In this document: piece by piece, positions 41,550 through 51,613 of the stretch | How positions within the stretch are numbered: position 1 is the stretch's first letter | Layout of the letters: each line of letters starts with the position of its first letter | Program-made: the position numbers and the translations under genes | Origin: Myxococcota bacterium | GTDB taxonomy: Bacteria > Myxococcota > XYA12-FULL-58-9 > JALHOP01 | Assembly (NCBI GenBank): GCA_041288095.1 | Contig: JBGGMJ010000146.1 | Location: 1 to 61,211 of the forward strand | Direction: 5' to 3' | Length of the DNA: 61,211 nt | The notes under the pieces: model-generated | The model's database searches: none | Seen by the model: the letters and a program-made list of their open reading frames with translations, nothing else | What the model was told of the DNA's origin: nothing

Positions 41550-42166
41550 CCGTCAGGCGATTCGACCTGCGGGTCATGGCGCACGCCGTCGGCGTCGAGC
41601 TCGACGAAGCTTTCGAAAAGCTCCGCGGCTTGTACGCGTACGTGGACGAACGCAACGCCGAGAACACCAAGGACCTCGACCTCCCGTGTCACCGCGGCTG
41701 CTCGCACTGCTGCAAGGAGTCGGTGTTCATGACGCCGCTCGAGTTCTTCTTCGCTTGGGACTGGCTGCAAACCAACGCGAGTGACGAGCTCTTGGCGGGC
41801 ATCGTCTCGCGCGGCCTCGCGTTGTACGAGCAGCACAAGGTGCTCATCGACGCGCTCGAGGGCGAGCACACGCCGGAGCACGATGCCATCGCGGCCAAGC
41901 TCAAGTTCGTCTGTCCCATCCTCGGCGAGGACGGGGCCTGCGAGGCCTACCCAGGCCGTGAGCTCTACGCGCGGCTCTTCGGCTCGTCGTTCAACGAGGA
42001 CGGCGGCGCCTACGGCTGCCATCTGGTAGGGGCGCACCTCGGTGGCAAGTCGGTGACGCTATTGCGGGCACGGCCGGTCGCCAAGATGCTGGAGAGCCTG
42101 CCGCTCACGTTCAAGCGGCAGGTGTATCCGTATTATATTCAGTGGATGTATCAAGCTCACCCGTAG
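41546..42166 (+). CDS. YkgJ-family cysteine-cluster protein (CxxCxxCC)
   Basis: PCHRGCSHCC and CPILGEDGACEAYPGRELYAR. ATGA overlap. Confidence 0.85.
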   Translation: MTVRRFDLRVMAHAVGVELDEAFEKLRGLYAYVDERNAENTKDLDLPCHRGCSHCCKESVFMTPLEFFFAWDWLQTNASDELLAGIVSRGLALYEQHKVLIDALEGEHTPEHDAIAAKLKFVCPILGEDGACEAYPGRELYARLFGSSFNEDGGAYGCHLVGAHLGGKSVTLLRARPVAKMLESLPLTFKRQVYPYYIQWMYQAHP

Positions 42167-42176
42167 GGTGAGACGG

Positions 42177-43094
42177 TTACTGCCGGACCACTTGCACGCA
42201 GAGCCGCTCGAGCAAAGCCATCGGCTCCTGTTGTCCCGGGGACACGTGGAGTCGTCCATCGGTGATGGGCTCCATGATAGCGGCCGAGAAGATGATCGCG
42301 TTGTCCACCGTCAGGTCCATCGAGCCGCGGGTGCGGGCGAGGCGCTCGGTGAAGGTCTCCAGCTTCTTGGCGCCGACCTCCGTGAGCACGAGGTCGATTC
42401 CTTCATCTCGGAAGGAGGTCGAGAGGACGTCGGCGGCAGTCAGAGAGTCGGCGCCGGCGCGCAAAGCGAAGCTCGGCTTGAGCGTGGAGCAGCGCGGGGC
42501 GCGTTCCGCGGCACGGGCGCGCTCCTGGGCCTCGACACAGTTTTGCGCTGTCGGGTCGAGCTCGACGCACTTCGTGAAGGCAGCCTTGACCTCGGAGTCC
42601 GGTGCGTCCGCTTCGGCGAGCGCGGTGGCGAGCACGCCGTAGGAGCGTCCATCCTTGGGGAAGCGCGCGACCAGGGCTCGGGCTCGGGCTACCGCCTCGG
42701 TGCGCAGGTCTGTGCTCTCCAGGCCAAAGTTCTTCGCGGTCGCCGGCAGGATGGTGAACGTCGCGACGAGCTGTCGCTGCGTCTCGACGTCGCCGCCCAT
42801 GTCCACGACGTCGCGGAGTATCTGCACCAGCTCGGGAAACCGGGTGGGGAACGAGTCGGGCTGGCGCTCGAAGCTCTCCATGAGCGCGACCGCGCGGTTG
42901 ATGATCTCCAGCTCCTTGCCGCTCGCGGACGCCCGCAAGCGGCGCATCTCGTCGAGGACGGGGCCGGCGTCTCGAGGAGGGCCAAAGAGAGCCCGTACGA
43001 TGGCTCTGCTGTCGATCGTGGTCGGCACAGGTTCCGGCTGGGAGTTGCATGCCGCGGCGACGGTGAGGAGCGTCAAGGCGAGCGCGATTCTCAT
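42177..43094 (-). CDS. Hypothetical lipoprotein with TPR-like helices and a SecDF P1-head-like C-terminal domain
   Basis: Lipobox VAAAC, AAFTKCVELDP, and IDLVLTEVGAKKLETFTE...DNAIIFSAAIMEPITDGRLHVS. Confidence 0.65.
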   Translation of the reverse strand: MRIALALTLLTVAAACNSQPEPVPTTIDSRAIVRALFGPPRDAGPVLDEMRRLRASASGKELEIINRAVALMESFERQPDSFPTRFPELVQILRDVVDMGGDVETQRQLVATFTILPATAKNFGLESTDLRTEAVARARALVARFPKDGRSYGVLATALAEADAPDSEVKAAFTKCVELDPTAQNCVEAQERARAAERAPRCSTLKPSFALRAGADSLTAADVLSTSFRDEGIDLVLTEVGAKKLETFTERLARTRGSMDLTVDNAIIFSAAIMEPITDGRLHVSPGQQEPMALLERLCVQVVRQ

Positions 43095-44473
43095 CAGAGA
43101 ATGTACCGACTCAGATCTTCCTGCGTCAGGAACTCCGACAGCTGCTTCTGCACGAACGTCTTGTCGACCACGACCTTGCCGCCGTCGTTCTCCGGAGCGC
43201 TGAACGACACGTCCTCGAGCAAACGCTCGAACACCGTGTGCAAGCGCCGCGCACCGATGTTCTCGGCGCGACCGTTCACGAACGCGGCGATACGCGCGAG
43301 CTCCTGCAGGCCATCTTCGGTGAACGACAGGTCGACGCCTTCGGTTTGCAACAGCGCCGAGTACTGCACCGGCAGAGCGTTCTTCGGCTCGCGCAGGATG
43401 CGCAGCAGCTCCGGCTCGCCCAGCGAGTCGAGCTCGACGCGGATGGGGAAACGGCCTTGCAGCTCGGGGATGAGGTCGCTCACCTTGCTGACGTGGAAGG
43501 CTCCCGCGGCGATGAACAAGATGTGATCGGTGCGCACGATGCCGTACTTCGTGGTGACGGCGGAGCCTTCGACGATCGGCAAGATGTCGCGCTGCACGCC
43601 TTCGCGTGAGACATCCGGGCCGTGCGACGAAGCTCCTTCGCGGCGGGCGATCTTGTCGATCTCGTCCAAGAACACGATGCCGTGATTTTCGCAGCGGCTG
43701 ATGCTCTCTTTCATGACGGTGTCTTGGTCGATGAGCTTGTTCGCCTCTTCGGCCGCGAAGATCTCGATGGCCTCCGGTACCTTGACCCTCCGCTTTCGCG
43801 TACGGCCCTTGCCGGTGATCTGGCCCATCATGTCCTGGAGGTTCAAGCCCATCTCTTCGAGGCCGGCGTTCGAGAACACCTGCATCGTCGGGAAGCTCTT
43901 CTCCTGGGCATCGATCTGCACCTCGCGGTCGTTCAGCTCTCCGGCGCGTAGCATGGCCCGCAGGCGCTCGCGCGAGGGGTCGTCCGCCGGCGCGGTCGTC
44001 GCCGTCGTGTTGACGCTAAATCCGACCTGCTCGTATTTCGGCTTGGGCAGGAGCACGTCGAGCACACGGTCCTCGGCGTGAGCGCGCGCCTGCACCATGA
44101 CACGCTCTTTCTCTTCTTCGCGCACCAACTGGACGGCGCTCTCGACGAGGTCGCGGATCATCGAGTCGACGTCGCGGCCGACGTAGCCGACCTCGGTGAA
44201 TTTGCTGGCTTCGACCTTGATGAAGGGCGCCTGCGAAAGCTTCGCGAGGCGGCGGGCGATTTCCGTCTTTCCTACACCGGTCGAGCCGATGAGGATGATG
44301 TTCTTGGGTGCGATCTCGTCGCGGAGATGCTCGGGGACGCGCTTGCGGCGCCAGCGGTTTCGCAGAGCGATGGCCACCGCGCGCTTCGCCTTGTGCTGAC
44401 CGACGATGTATTTGTCGAGCTCGCTGACGATCTCGCGCGGCGTGAATGAGCGGTCCCCGGGTGTCGTGCTCAT
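43094..44473 (-). CDS. hslU: ATP-dependent protease ATPase subunit HslU
   Basis: [55 protein letters not shown]. Start at ATG 44473. Confidence 0.97.
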   Translation of the reverse strand: MSTTPGDRSFTPREIVSELDKYIVGQHKAKRAVAIALRNRWRRKRVPEHLRDEIAPKNIILIGSTGVGKTEIARRLAKLSQAPFIKVEASKFTEVGYVGRDVDSMIRDLVESAVQLVREEEKERVMVQARAHAEDRVLDVLLPKPKYEQVGFSVNTTATTAPADDPSRERLRAMLRAGELNDREVQIDAQEKSFPTMQVFSNAGLEEMGLNLQDMMGQITGKGRTRKRRVKVPEAIEIFAAEEANKLIDQDTVMKESISRCENHGIVFLDEIDKIARREGASSHGPDVSREGVQRDILPIVEGSAVTTKYGIVRTDHILFIAAGAFHVSKVSDLIPELQGRFPIRVELDSLGEPELLRILREPKNALPVQYSALLQTEGVDLSFTEDGLQELARIAAFVNGRAENIGARRLHTVFERLLEDVSFSAPENDGGKVVVDKTFVQKQLSEFLTQEDLSRYIL

Positions 44474-45009
44474 TTGAGCTCCTCGTAGGCGATCGTGGAG
44501 TTGGTGTAGATGCACAGATCCGAGGCGATCTTCATCGCTGCCTCCGCGATCGCCCGGGCATCGAGCTCCGTGTGATCGATCAGCGCGCGCGCCGCCGAGA
44601 GCGCGAAGTTGCCACCGCTGCCGACGGCGATGGCGGAGCCTCTCTCCGCGGTGCTCTGGTCAGGCTCGATGACGTCACCGGTGCCCGAGAGCACGAAGAG
44701 GCGCTCGCGGTCCGCGACCACGAGCAACGCTTCCAAGCGACGTAACATGCGGTCGGTCCGCCAGTCCTTGGTGAGCTCGACCGCGGCGCGCGTGACGTTG
44801 CCGCTGTAGTCCTTGAGCTTGGCCTCGAAGCGCTCGAACAGGGTGAAGGCATCGGCGGTGGCTCCCGCGAAGCCCGCCAGCACCTGGTCGTTGTACATGC
44901 GCCGTAGCTTCTTGGCCGAGTGCTTCACCACGGTGTTTGCCATGGTGACTTGGCCGTCGGCGGCCATCACCAGTTGACCGTTTTTGCGGACAGCGAGGAC
45001 GGTGGTCAT
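44470..45009 (-). CDS. hslV: ATP-dependent protease subunit HslV
   Basis: [45 protein letters not shown]. Start at ATG 45009. Confidence 0.97.
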   Translation of the reverse strand: MTTVLAVRKNGQLVMAADGQVTMANTVVKHSAKKLRRMYNDQVLAGFAGATADAFTLFERFEAKLKDYSGNVTRAAVELTKDWRTDRMLRRLEALLVVADRERLFVLSGTGDVIEPDQSTAERGSAIAVGSGGNFALSAARALIDHTELDARAIAEAAMKIASDLCIYTNSTIAYEELK

Positions 45010-45692
45010 GGGGTTTTCACGTAGCGGGTCGGGTCGGGCACGCCCGCCGCGGCAAAGCCGGCAGCCCTGATGCGACAGGAGTCGCAGTGGCCGCAGGCGA
45101 GATCGTCGACCGGATCGTAACACGAGTGGGTGAGGGCGTAGTCGACGCCCAAGCGCACCCCTTCGCGAATGATCTCGGCCTTCTTCATGGTGATGAGGGG
45201 CGCGTGCATGGTGAACCGGCCGTGGGCGCTGGCGGCGGTTGCGACATTGGCCAACGCTTCGAAGGCGGCGATGAATTCCGGGCGGCAATCGGGATAGCCG
45301 CTATAGTCGACGGCGTTCACGCCGGTGAACACGTCGTAGGAGCCGATGACCTCGGCGAAACCCAGCGCGTAGCTCAAGAAGATGGTGTTGCGCGCCGGCA
45401 CGTAGGTGATGGGAACGCCCACCGCCATGTCGGCGTCGCTGCGGTCCTTGGGCACCGCGATGTCGTCCGTGAGCGCGGAGCCACCGAAGGCTCGAAGGTC
45501 GATATTCACGACGCGGTGATCGTGGACCTTCATGGCGATGGCGACCCGACGCGCGGCCCGGGTCTCGACGACATGGCGCTGCCCATAGGCGATGGTCAGG
45601 CAATGGGCCTCGAAGCCCTGGGCTTTTGCCATGGCAAGGACGGTGGCTGAATCGAGCCCGCCCGAGAGCAATACGACGCATGGCTTGGCCAC
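45006..45692 (-). CDS. queC: 7-cyano-7-deazaguanine synthase
   Basis: [36 protein letters not shown]...CGHCDSC. Confidence 0.96.
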   Translation of the reverse strand: MAKPCVVLLSGGLDSATVLAMAKAQGFEAHCLTIAYGQRHVVETRAARRVAIAMKVHDHRVVNIDLRAFGGSALTDDIAVPKDRSDADMAVGVPITYVPARNTIFLSYALGFAEVIGSYDVFTGVNAVDYSGYPDCRPEFIAAFEALANVATAASAHGRFTMHAPLITMKKAEIIREGVRLGVDYALTHSCYDPVDDLACGHCDSCRIRAAGFAAAGVPDPTRYVKTP

Positions 45693-45723
45693 GGCGCTGA
45701 CATAGGAAGGGCCGCTGTGGGAG

Positions 45724-46242
45724 TCAACCGGGCAGGGGCGGGACGAAGTCGATGCGCTCGATCGGCTGCCAGGGGCCGCCCGTGTAGCGCCACATTTCGA
45801 TGCCCATGAAGCTCACCTCGAATGGTGAGTGCCGCAGCTGCATGGTCTCGAAGAGCAGCCGTGCTTCGGCGGGCGGTAGGTGGTTCGCGATGGTGACTTG
45901 GGGTTTGTACGGCAGGCGGTCCTGCGCCGTGCACCAGCCCCCGAAGGCCTCTTTGAGCTTGAACTGCAGCAGCGCCAGCTCTTCAGCCTCGAGCTCGAAG
46001 GCGACGCCCTCGTTGAGCTTGCGCGGGCGGGTTGCCTTGCCCGGGAGCACCGGCGTGGTGTCGCAGAAGTGGATGAGGATGTCGCGGATACGTGGCTCGT
46101 GGTTGGTCGGTAGCGCGTGAAACAGCGTGACGTGGGCGGGCACGACGTTGCGCTCCTTGGGGTAGTAGCGCTGCCGCAGGTCGTCGAAGTGCGCGAATGC
46201 CTTGTCGTCGAGGGCGGCGGTGAGGATGAGGGCGGCGTTCAC
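45724..46242 (-). CDS. 2H phosphoesterase / 2'-5' RNA ligase family protein
   Basis: [24 protein letters not shown], second motif [13 protein letters not shown]. Start GTG 46242 is inferred. Confidence 0.8.
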   Translation of the reverse strand: MNAALILTAALDDKAFAHFDDLRQRYYPKERNVVPAHVTLFHALPTNHEPRIRDILIHFCDTTPVLPGKATRPRKLNEGVAFELEAEELALLQFKLKEAFGGWCTAQDRLPYKPQVTIANHLPPAEARLLFETMQLRHSPFEVSFMGIEMWRYTGGPWQPIERIDFVPPLPG

Positions 46243-46318
46243 GCGAATGACCCAACCTGGCGCTAGCGGCGGCGTGTATGTTCTCGCACCACCAAGCCGC
46301 CATGGAGAATCCACCACC

Positions 46319-46693
46319 ATGGCAATGTCCGCAACCGAACCGACGACTGGGCGCGCCGGCAATTCCGCCACCAGAACGGGAGAAGCAGGAGGAGCTGCGG
46401 GGAATCACACCGCCCCTCGACCCGACGAGGATGGTTTTCGCGCCATGGTGCGCGCGGAGCTCTGCCAGTACGGCGGAGATGCCAACAATCGTTCCTTCAA
46501 CCACGCCATGACCCGTGCCGCGCAAGGGTTCAACGTGGATGCGGGCCGTGCCAATCAGATCCTCGCGGAAGAGCATGCCCAGCACCGCACGGGTGCCGAC
46601 GCCTATTGCAGTAGCGGGCCGGCGCGAGGGTCAGGGGGCCGCGGTCCGAATCAATGGCGGCCAGTGCCGCCGACTCCGCAATCCGGCGGCTAA
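46319..46693 (+). CDS. Small orphan protein (124 aa)
   Basis: GGAG SD before ATG 46319; fills the gap between the 2H gene and xerC on the opposite strand; helical core with low-complexity ends. Confidence 0.5.
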   Translation: MAMSATEPTTGRAGNSATRTGEAGGAAGNHTAPRPDEDGFRAMVRAELCQYGGDANNRSFNHAMTRAAQGFNVDAGRANQILAEEHAQHRTGADAYCSSGPARGSGGRGPNQWRPVPPTPQSGG

Positions 46694-47559
46694 CGTCGCG
46701 GATGCGCTTGGTCGTAAACCGCGAACAAGCGCTCCACCGCGACATCGGTATAGCGTTGCGTCGTCGATAAGTTGCTGTGCCCGAGCAGCGCTTGGATCTC
46801 GCGGAGGTTCGCGCCGCCCGCGAGCATGTGCGTCGCGAAGCTGTGCCGCAGCTGATGCGGTGAAACATGGCGGCCGAAGGCGCTCAAGGCTTTCTTGTCG
46901 ATGATACGCGTGAGCGTACGCGTCGAGATGGCCTTGCCGCCGCGGCCGACCAGAAATGCACCGTCCGCTGAAGCGGGCCGTATGCCACGATAGCCGGCCA
47001 GGGACTCGACGCACTGTTCGGGTACCGGGACGATGCGCTGTTTGCCGCCCTTGCCGTGCACGAGCGCGGTTCGGTTCTCGAGATCGAGATCGGCGTCTTT
47101 CAGCGACGCGACCTCGCTCACGCGCAGGCCCATGCCGTACATCAGCAGCACCGCGCAGATATCGCGTAGCCCATCGCCCGACTTGCTTTCGCGGACCATG
47201 GCCATGGCGCTATCCGCATCGAGGGCGCGCGGTAGGCGCTTGGGTAGCTTCGGGGTGACGAGCTTTTCGGTCGGGTCGTTCTCGACCGCTCGTTCGCGCT
47301 TGAGCCAGGCGAAGAAGGCACGCAAAGCGCTTTGTTTGCGCGCCAAGGTTGCGGCGCTCGCTCGGCCATGGTCGCCCTGGCAGCGAGCCAGATGCGAGCG
47401 CAAGAGGTCATGAGTCCACTTGGACGGGTGGGTTGCCTTGCGCTCCACCGCGAAAGCGGACACGGCTCGCAGGTCGGCAACGTAGGCCCGTGCCGTGTTC
47501 TCGGAGAAACGGCGCTCGCCCCGCAGATAGGCGGCGAAACCATCGATGAGGGTGTCCAC
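46690..47559 (-). CDS. xerC: Tyrosine recombinase XerC
   Basis: SENTARAYVADL, ARKQSALRAFF, GLRVSE, GKGGKQR, SPHQLRHSFATH, LLGHSNLSTTQRYT; follows trmFO. Start at GTG 47559. Confidence 0.9.
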   Translation of the reverse strand: MDTLIDGFAAYLRGERRFSENTARAYVADLRAVSAFAVERKATHPSKWTHDLLRSHLARCQGDHGRASAATLARKQSALRAFFAWLKRERAVENDPTEKLVTPKLPKRLPRALDADSAMAMVRESKSGDGLRDICAVLLMYGMGLRVSEVASLKDADLDLENRTALVHGKGGKQRIVPVPEQCVESLAGYRGIRPASADGAFLVGRGGKAISTRTLTRIIDKKALSAFGRHVSPHQLRHSFATHMLAGGANLREIQALLGHSNLSTTQRYTDVAVERLFAVYDQAHPRR

Positions 47560-47570
47560 GCGCGGCGATC

Positions 47571-48938
47571 TTAGCTCGCCGGGGTGGCCTCGGGGTAGTT
47601 TCCAGGCGCCAAGGCTTCTCCCCGCTCGCGAGCCCAGCGCTCGAAGTCGGCGATGGCTCGGGTCACCCGGGCAGACTTGCTGTCCTTCTTTTTCACGCGC
47701 TCGGCGAGCCCCGGGAACATGCCCCAGTTGACGTTTTGTGGCTCGTGCGGCCGGCCCGGGATGCGGTGGGCACCGGTGACGTGGGCGAACAACGCGCCTA
47801 GGGCGGTGGTCTCCGGGGGCACTTCGAAGGGCCGTGCCCCGACGTCCGCCGCGACCAGACGACCGACGAGCAAGCCGTGCGCCGAGCTCTCGACGTAACC
47901 TTCGACGCCGGTAATTTGTCCGCTGAAGCGTATGTGTTCGCGTCCGCGGACACGCATGCGGCCGTCGAGCAAGCGGGGACTGTCGAGGTACGTATTTCGA
48001 TGGATGGCGCCGAGCCGATAGAACTCGGCATTCGCGAGTCCGGGGATGGAGCGGAAGACGCGCTGTTGCTCCGGGTACTTCATCTTGGTCTGGAAGCCGA
48101 CGATGTTGTAGCCGCGACCCTCGGCGTCTTCCTTGCGCAGCTGCACCACGGCGTACGGCCATCGACCGGTCTTCGGGTTGGTGAGGCCAACCGGCTTCAT
48201 GGTGCCGTAGCGGAGGGTTTCAGGCCCGCTCGCCGCCATCACCTCGATGGGCAAGCAGCCCTGGAAGTATTTGGGCTCCTCGAAGGCGTGCAACGGCATG
48301 CACTCGGCGGAGATCAACGCCGCCACGAAGGCTTCGTATTGCTCCTTGTCGAGCGGGCAGTTCAGGTAGTCGTCGCCGTCGCCCTTGTCGTAGCGCGAGG
48401 CCGCGAAGACGATGTCGCGATCGATGCTCTCGCCGCTGATGATCGGCGCGATGGCGTCGTAGAAGTACATGCGCTCGCCGAGCTCTTTGACGATGTCCTG
48501 CGCTAGCTCGTCAGCGGTGAGCGGGCCGGTGGCGATGACGGTGTCGCCGCTTTGTGGGAGCTTGGTGACGACTTCGCTCACGCGCTCGATGTTCGACTGG
48601 CTCGCGAGCTTCTTGTCGATGGCGGCCGCGAAGGCGACGCGGTCGACGGCGAGTGCGTCGCCGGCGGGAACGCGGGTCGCTAAAGCACACTCCATGACCA
48701 GCGAGCCGAGACGGCGCATCTCTTCCTTGATGAGGCCGACGGCATTTTGCGGGTTCGACGAGCGAAACGAGTTCGAGCACACGAGCTCCGCGGTCGAGTC
48801 GGTTACCTGGGCCGGTGTCCGCCGTAACGGCTTCATCTCGACGAGGCGCACCTGACAGCCGGACTGGGCGAGTTGCCAGGCCGCTTCGCAGCCGGCGAGA
48901 CCGGCACCAACGATGGTGACTTTGGCGGGTGCGTGCAT
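47571..48938 (-). CDS. trmFO: tRNA (uracil-54) methyltransferase TrmFO
   Basis: GAGLAGCEAA, ELVCSNS, FYDAIAP, YLNCP, FQGCLPIE, MKPVGL, HRNTY, GQITGVEGY. Start is ATG 48938 or 48953. Confidence 0.96.
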   Translation of the reverse strand: MHAPAKVTIVGAGLAGCEAAWQLAQSGCQVRLVEMKPLRRTPAQVTDSTAELVCSNSFRSSNPQNAVGLIKEEMRRLGSLVMECALATRVPAGDALAVDRVAFAAAIDKKLASQSNIERVSEVVTKLPQSGDTVIATGPLTADELAQDIVKELGERMYFYDAIAPIISGESIDRDIVFAASRYDKGDGDDYLNCPLDKEQYEAFVAALISAECMPLHAFEEPKYFQGCLPIEVMAASGPETLRYGTMKPVGLTNPKTGRWPYAVVQLRKEDAEGRGYNIVGFQTKMKYPEQQRVFRSIPGLANAEFYRLGAIHRNTYLDSPRLLDGRMRVRGREHIRFSGQITGVEGYVESSAHGLLVGRLVAADVGARPFEVPPETTALGALFAHVTGAHRIPGRPHEPQNVNWGMFPGLAERVKKKDSKSARVTRAIADFERWARERGEALAPGNYPEATPAS

Positions 48939-49016
48939 GTGGGCGCGGACCATGCCGCAGCCTACCCGCATTCGGCAAGCCACCGGCCCAACAGGCGCTT
49001 ATACTCCTGACGGCGC

Positions 49017-50141
49017 ATGGCAATTCACGGTGACCTCAAGACGTTTCCGCTCGCCGACCTCTTGTCGTGGCTGCGCAGCACGTCGCGCACGGGCATCTTG
49101 TCGGTGCAACGCGATGGCGGCGAATGGGAGCTCTCCGTCGCCAGCGGCAGGGTGTCGGGCTACGCGGGGCCGGAGTTGCGCGAGAACCTCGGCCAGATTG
49201 CGGTGATGAGCGGGCTGACGACGGAGGCAGACCTGCGCACGGCCATAGCCTACGAGAAACAGCACGGCGTCTCACTGCAACGGGCGCTCGGAGAGCTCGC
49301 CATCATCGCTCCACGCCAGCTGCAAGAATGCCTCATCGAGCTGGCGACCGAATCGCTCTACGACCTGTTCCTAGACCTGCCCGGAACCTTCATCTTCAGC
49401 GACGCAGCCGAGCACGCAACGGGTATCGACCTCGCCGACGACGAGGAGCGCCTGCCGCTCGACGTCGACATCAACCACCTGTTGATGGAGGGCGCCCGCC
49501 GCCAAGACGAGTGGACGCACATCCGCGAACGCTTCCCACGCGACGATGTGCGCGTGCGCATCATTCACGAGCGCTTGCCGCCGCTCGAGGCCTTGGGGGT
49601 GCGCGAGCGCAGGGTGCTGGCTTCGCTTTCCGCGGGGCAGTCGGTGACCGACATCTGCTTGGAGCTGCGGGCGCCGGTGCCGTCCGTGCTTCGAACCTTG
49701 GCGCAACTCGAGGCTGACGGCGCCGTGCAGATCGTCCGCAATGACGAAACGGGTCCAAGGGAGCTCGACCGTTTCGACCAGCTGTTGGGACAAGCGACGA
49801 CCTTGCGCTCGGCGCAGCAATTCGACGAAGCCGTCGCCATCCTCGAGGTCGCCGTGCGCATGCGGCCCGACAGCGAGCCGGCGCGGCTCGCCCTCAAGGA
49901 AGCGCTCGAGGAACAGCTCAAGGACCTCTACACGGCGCTGCCGCCCCTCAAGGTCCCGCACGTGGTCGACGAGGCTCGGTTGCGTCGCATGACCTTGCGA
50001 CCCGAAGAGCGTTTCGTGATCGATCGGCTCGGCGCCAACATGGATGTAGGCAGTCTCATCATGGTGAGCTCGCTCAACGAGCGTGACACGCTCAAGATGC
50101 TGCGCAAGCTGGTGCACGGCGGCATCGTCACCCTGCGCTGA
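49017..50141 (+). CDS. DUF4388 domain protein with TPR-like helix
   Basis: MAIHGDLKTFPLADLLSWL...RTGIL and LLMEGARRQDEW. Confidence 0.88.
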   Translation: MAIHGDLKTFPLADLLSWLRSTSRTGILSVQRDGGEWELSVASGRVSGYAGPELRENLGQIAVMSGLTTEADLRTAIAYEKQHGVSLQRALGELAIIAPRQLQECLIELATESLYDLFLDLPGTFIFSDAAEHATGIDLADDEERLPLDVDINHLLMEGARRQDEWTHIRERFPRDDVRVRIIHERLPPLEALGVRERRVLASLSAGQSVTDICLELRAPVPSVLRTLAQLEADGAVQIVRNDETGPRELDRFDQLLGQATTLRSAQQFDEAVAILEVAVRMRPDSEPARLALKEALEEQLKDLYTALPPLKVPHVVDEARLRRMTLRPEERFVIDRLGANMDVGSLIMVSSLNERDTLKMLRKLVHGGIVTLR

Positions 50142-51503
50142 TCACCAGAGCGAGCGCAGCCTGCGCAACACGCGCGCGAGCACGCTCGGGTCGTCCGCGG
50201 GTGGCGTCGCCCGCGGAGTATCGGGCTGCGTCGGCCGTGTCCACGTTTGCGGACGGCAATCCCTCGGCCAGAGCAGGGTCACCGCTTCGACGCGGGCGCC
50301 GGGCGGCAGCGCCAAGCACGCGTCGCGACTCGCCTCCATGGGCTCCTCGATGGAGTCGGGCAGGTCGCGGAACAGATCGAAGTCCGTCATCAGCTGGATC
50401 TCGCGCACGCTGCGCCGGCTTGCATGCAGCATGTCGCGGATCTCGTCGCGTGTCGTCGGCACGTCGTGGCGGTTGGGGACCACGAAGCCCACCATCGTCA
50501 TGGCGCCGTTGGGCTGCTCGAAGAGCACGATCTTGAAGCAGTGCGTGGGAATCGCGACGCGCTGCTCGTCCTCGCCGCGCAACCGACGCGTGAGGAAACG
50601 GACGCGCTCGCGCGACAACGGCCGCCCGTTGTCGTCGAGAAAGAGCGTGCCCGTGAAGACGGTCGCGCGGCCATTCGTGGAACGCACGACTTCACGGACC
50701 GCGTCTTCGAGCTGTCGCCAGACTTGGCGGTTCAGGTTCGGCGTTTGCGGCGCGATGTTCGACATGCGGAAGCTCTCGAGCATTGCTTCCTGGCTCGGGG
50801 AGTCGCCGGCGGGCCGCATGTGCCCGAGGTCGTAACCTTGGTTGCGGTAGTCGGCGGGACGCGCCTGGGCCGCGGGCGGTAAGGCATCTTCGGTCGTGAA
50901 GCGGCCCTCGCGCTCGACGACATCCTCGCGCAGATCGGCCGCGGAGAGCACATAGCCCACGAGGTTCGGGAGGCGCAGCTGCGGATCGTAGACGATGCGC
51001 GCATAGCGCTGCAGAAGCTCGACACCCCGGGGCTTGCTACCGTTCGGCGTCGTAACGCGCAGCGTGTCGGACTCTTGGGTGGCGCCCGCGATACGGCTAC
51101 GCAGCGCGGCCAACGCTTGCTCGCTCAGGCGTCGGGTTGCGGCGGCATCGGTGTTGCCGCGGACGAGAAGCTCGTCGAGCTCGATCTCGCTCAGAGCGCC
51201 GTCGCCGTTCGAGCGGCTGTCAGCGCGCTCGGCGATGTTGCGCTGCCACGGTTCGGGAAAGCTCGACACCGAACGGACCTGGATGCCGACGCGCGCGGGA
51301 GCCAACAGCTCGGCGCGCATGCGGCGGACCGCGCCAGCGCTCACGAAGCGGCCGTCGGCGGGGGCTTCGACATAGGCGTCGAGCTCGGCGACGTTGACCT
51401 GGCCATCGTTGTTGCCAGCGGCATCGGCTGCCCGTAACAGCTGAATTTGCCAGCTGTTTTCGTCGAGACCGGCCTCGCTCTTGAGGGCCTCGATGGTGGT
51501 CAT
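50142..51503 (-). CDS. DNA/RNA non-specific endonuclease (NucA/EndoG-type) with N-terminal EF-hand-like repeats
   Basis: YDLGHMRPAGD, FRMSNIAPQTPNLNRQVWRQLE, VAIPTHCFKI. N-terminal DAAGNNDGQVNVAEL and DSRSNGDGALSEIEL. No signal peptide. Confidence 0.88.
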   Translation of the reverse strand: MTTIEALKSEAGLDENSWQIQLLRAADAAGNNDGQVNVAELDAYVEAPADGRFVSAGAVRRMRAELLAPARVGIQVRSVSSFPEPWQRNIAERADSRSNGDGALSEIELDELLVRGNTDAAATRRLSEQALAALRSRIAGATQESDTLRVTTPNGSKPRGVELLQRYARIVYDPQLRLPNLVGYVLSAADLREDVVEREGRFTTEDALPPAAQARPADYRNQGYDLGHMRPAGDSPSQEAMLESFRMSNIAPQTPNLNRQVWRQLEDAVREVVRSTNGRATVFTGTLFLDDNGRPLSRERVRFLTRRLRGEDEQRVAIPTHCFKIVLFEQPNGAMTMVGFVVPNRHDVPTTRDEIRDMLHASRRSVREIQLMTDFDLFRDLPDSIEEPMEASRDACLALPPGARVEAVTLLWPRDCRPQTWTRPTQPDTPRATPPADDPSVLARVLRRLRSLW

Positions 51504-51550
51504 GCGGACGGTTTCGGGCGCACTTTGGCCAACCTCGGTTCTTCACGCCA

Positions 51551-51578
51551 GTTTCGGCAGTGTCGGCCGCTTCGTTGC
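51551..51578 (-). promoter_or_regulatory. Sigma28-like promoter GCAAC-N15-GCCGAAAC for the nuclease gene
   Basis: Motif recurs upstream of four other orphan genes with 14-15 nt spacing. Confidence 0.55.
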
Positions 51579-51613
51579 GTGCGACGGGAGTGACCGAACC
51601 GCATGATTTGCGC

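Noticed and set aside
45006..45692. queC as part of a defence system (QatC, CBASS type IV, Dpd)
   Set aside because: Canonical length and motifs; no defence partners nearby.
46690..47559. Tyrosine recombinase as a phage or ICE integrase
   Set aside because: Size, motifs and position after trmFO near hslVU fit chromosomal XerC.
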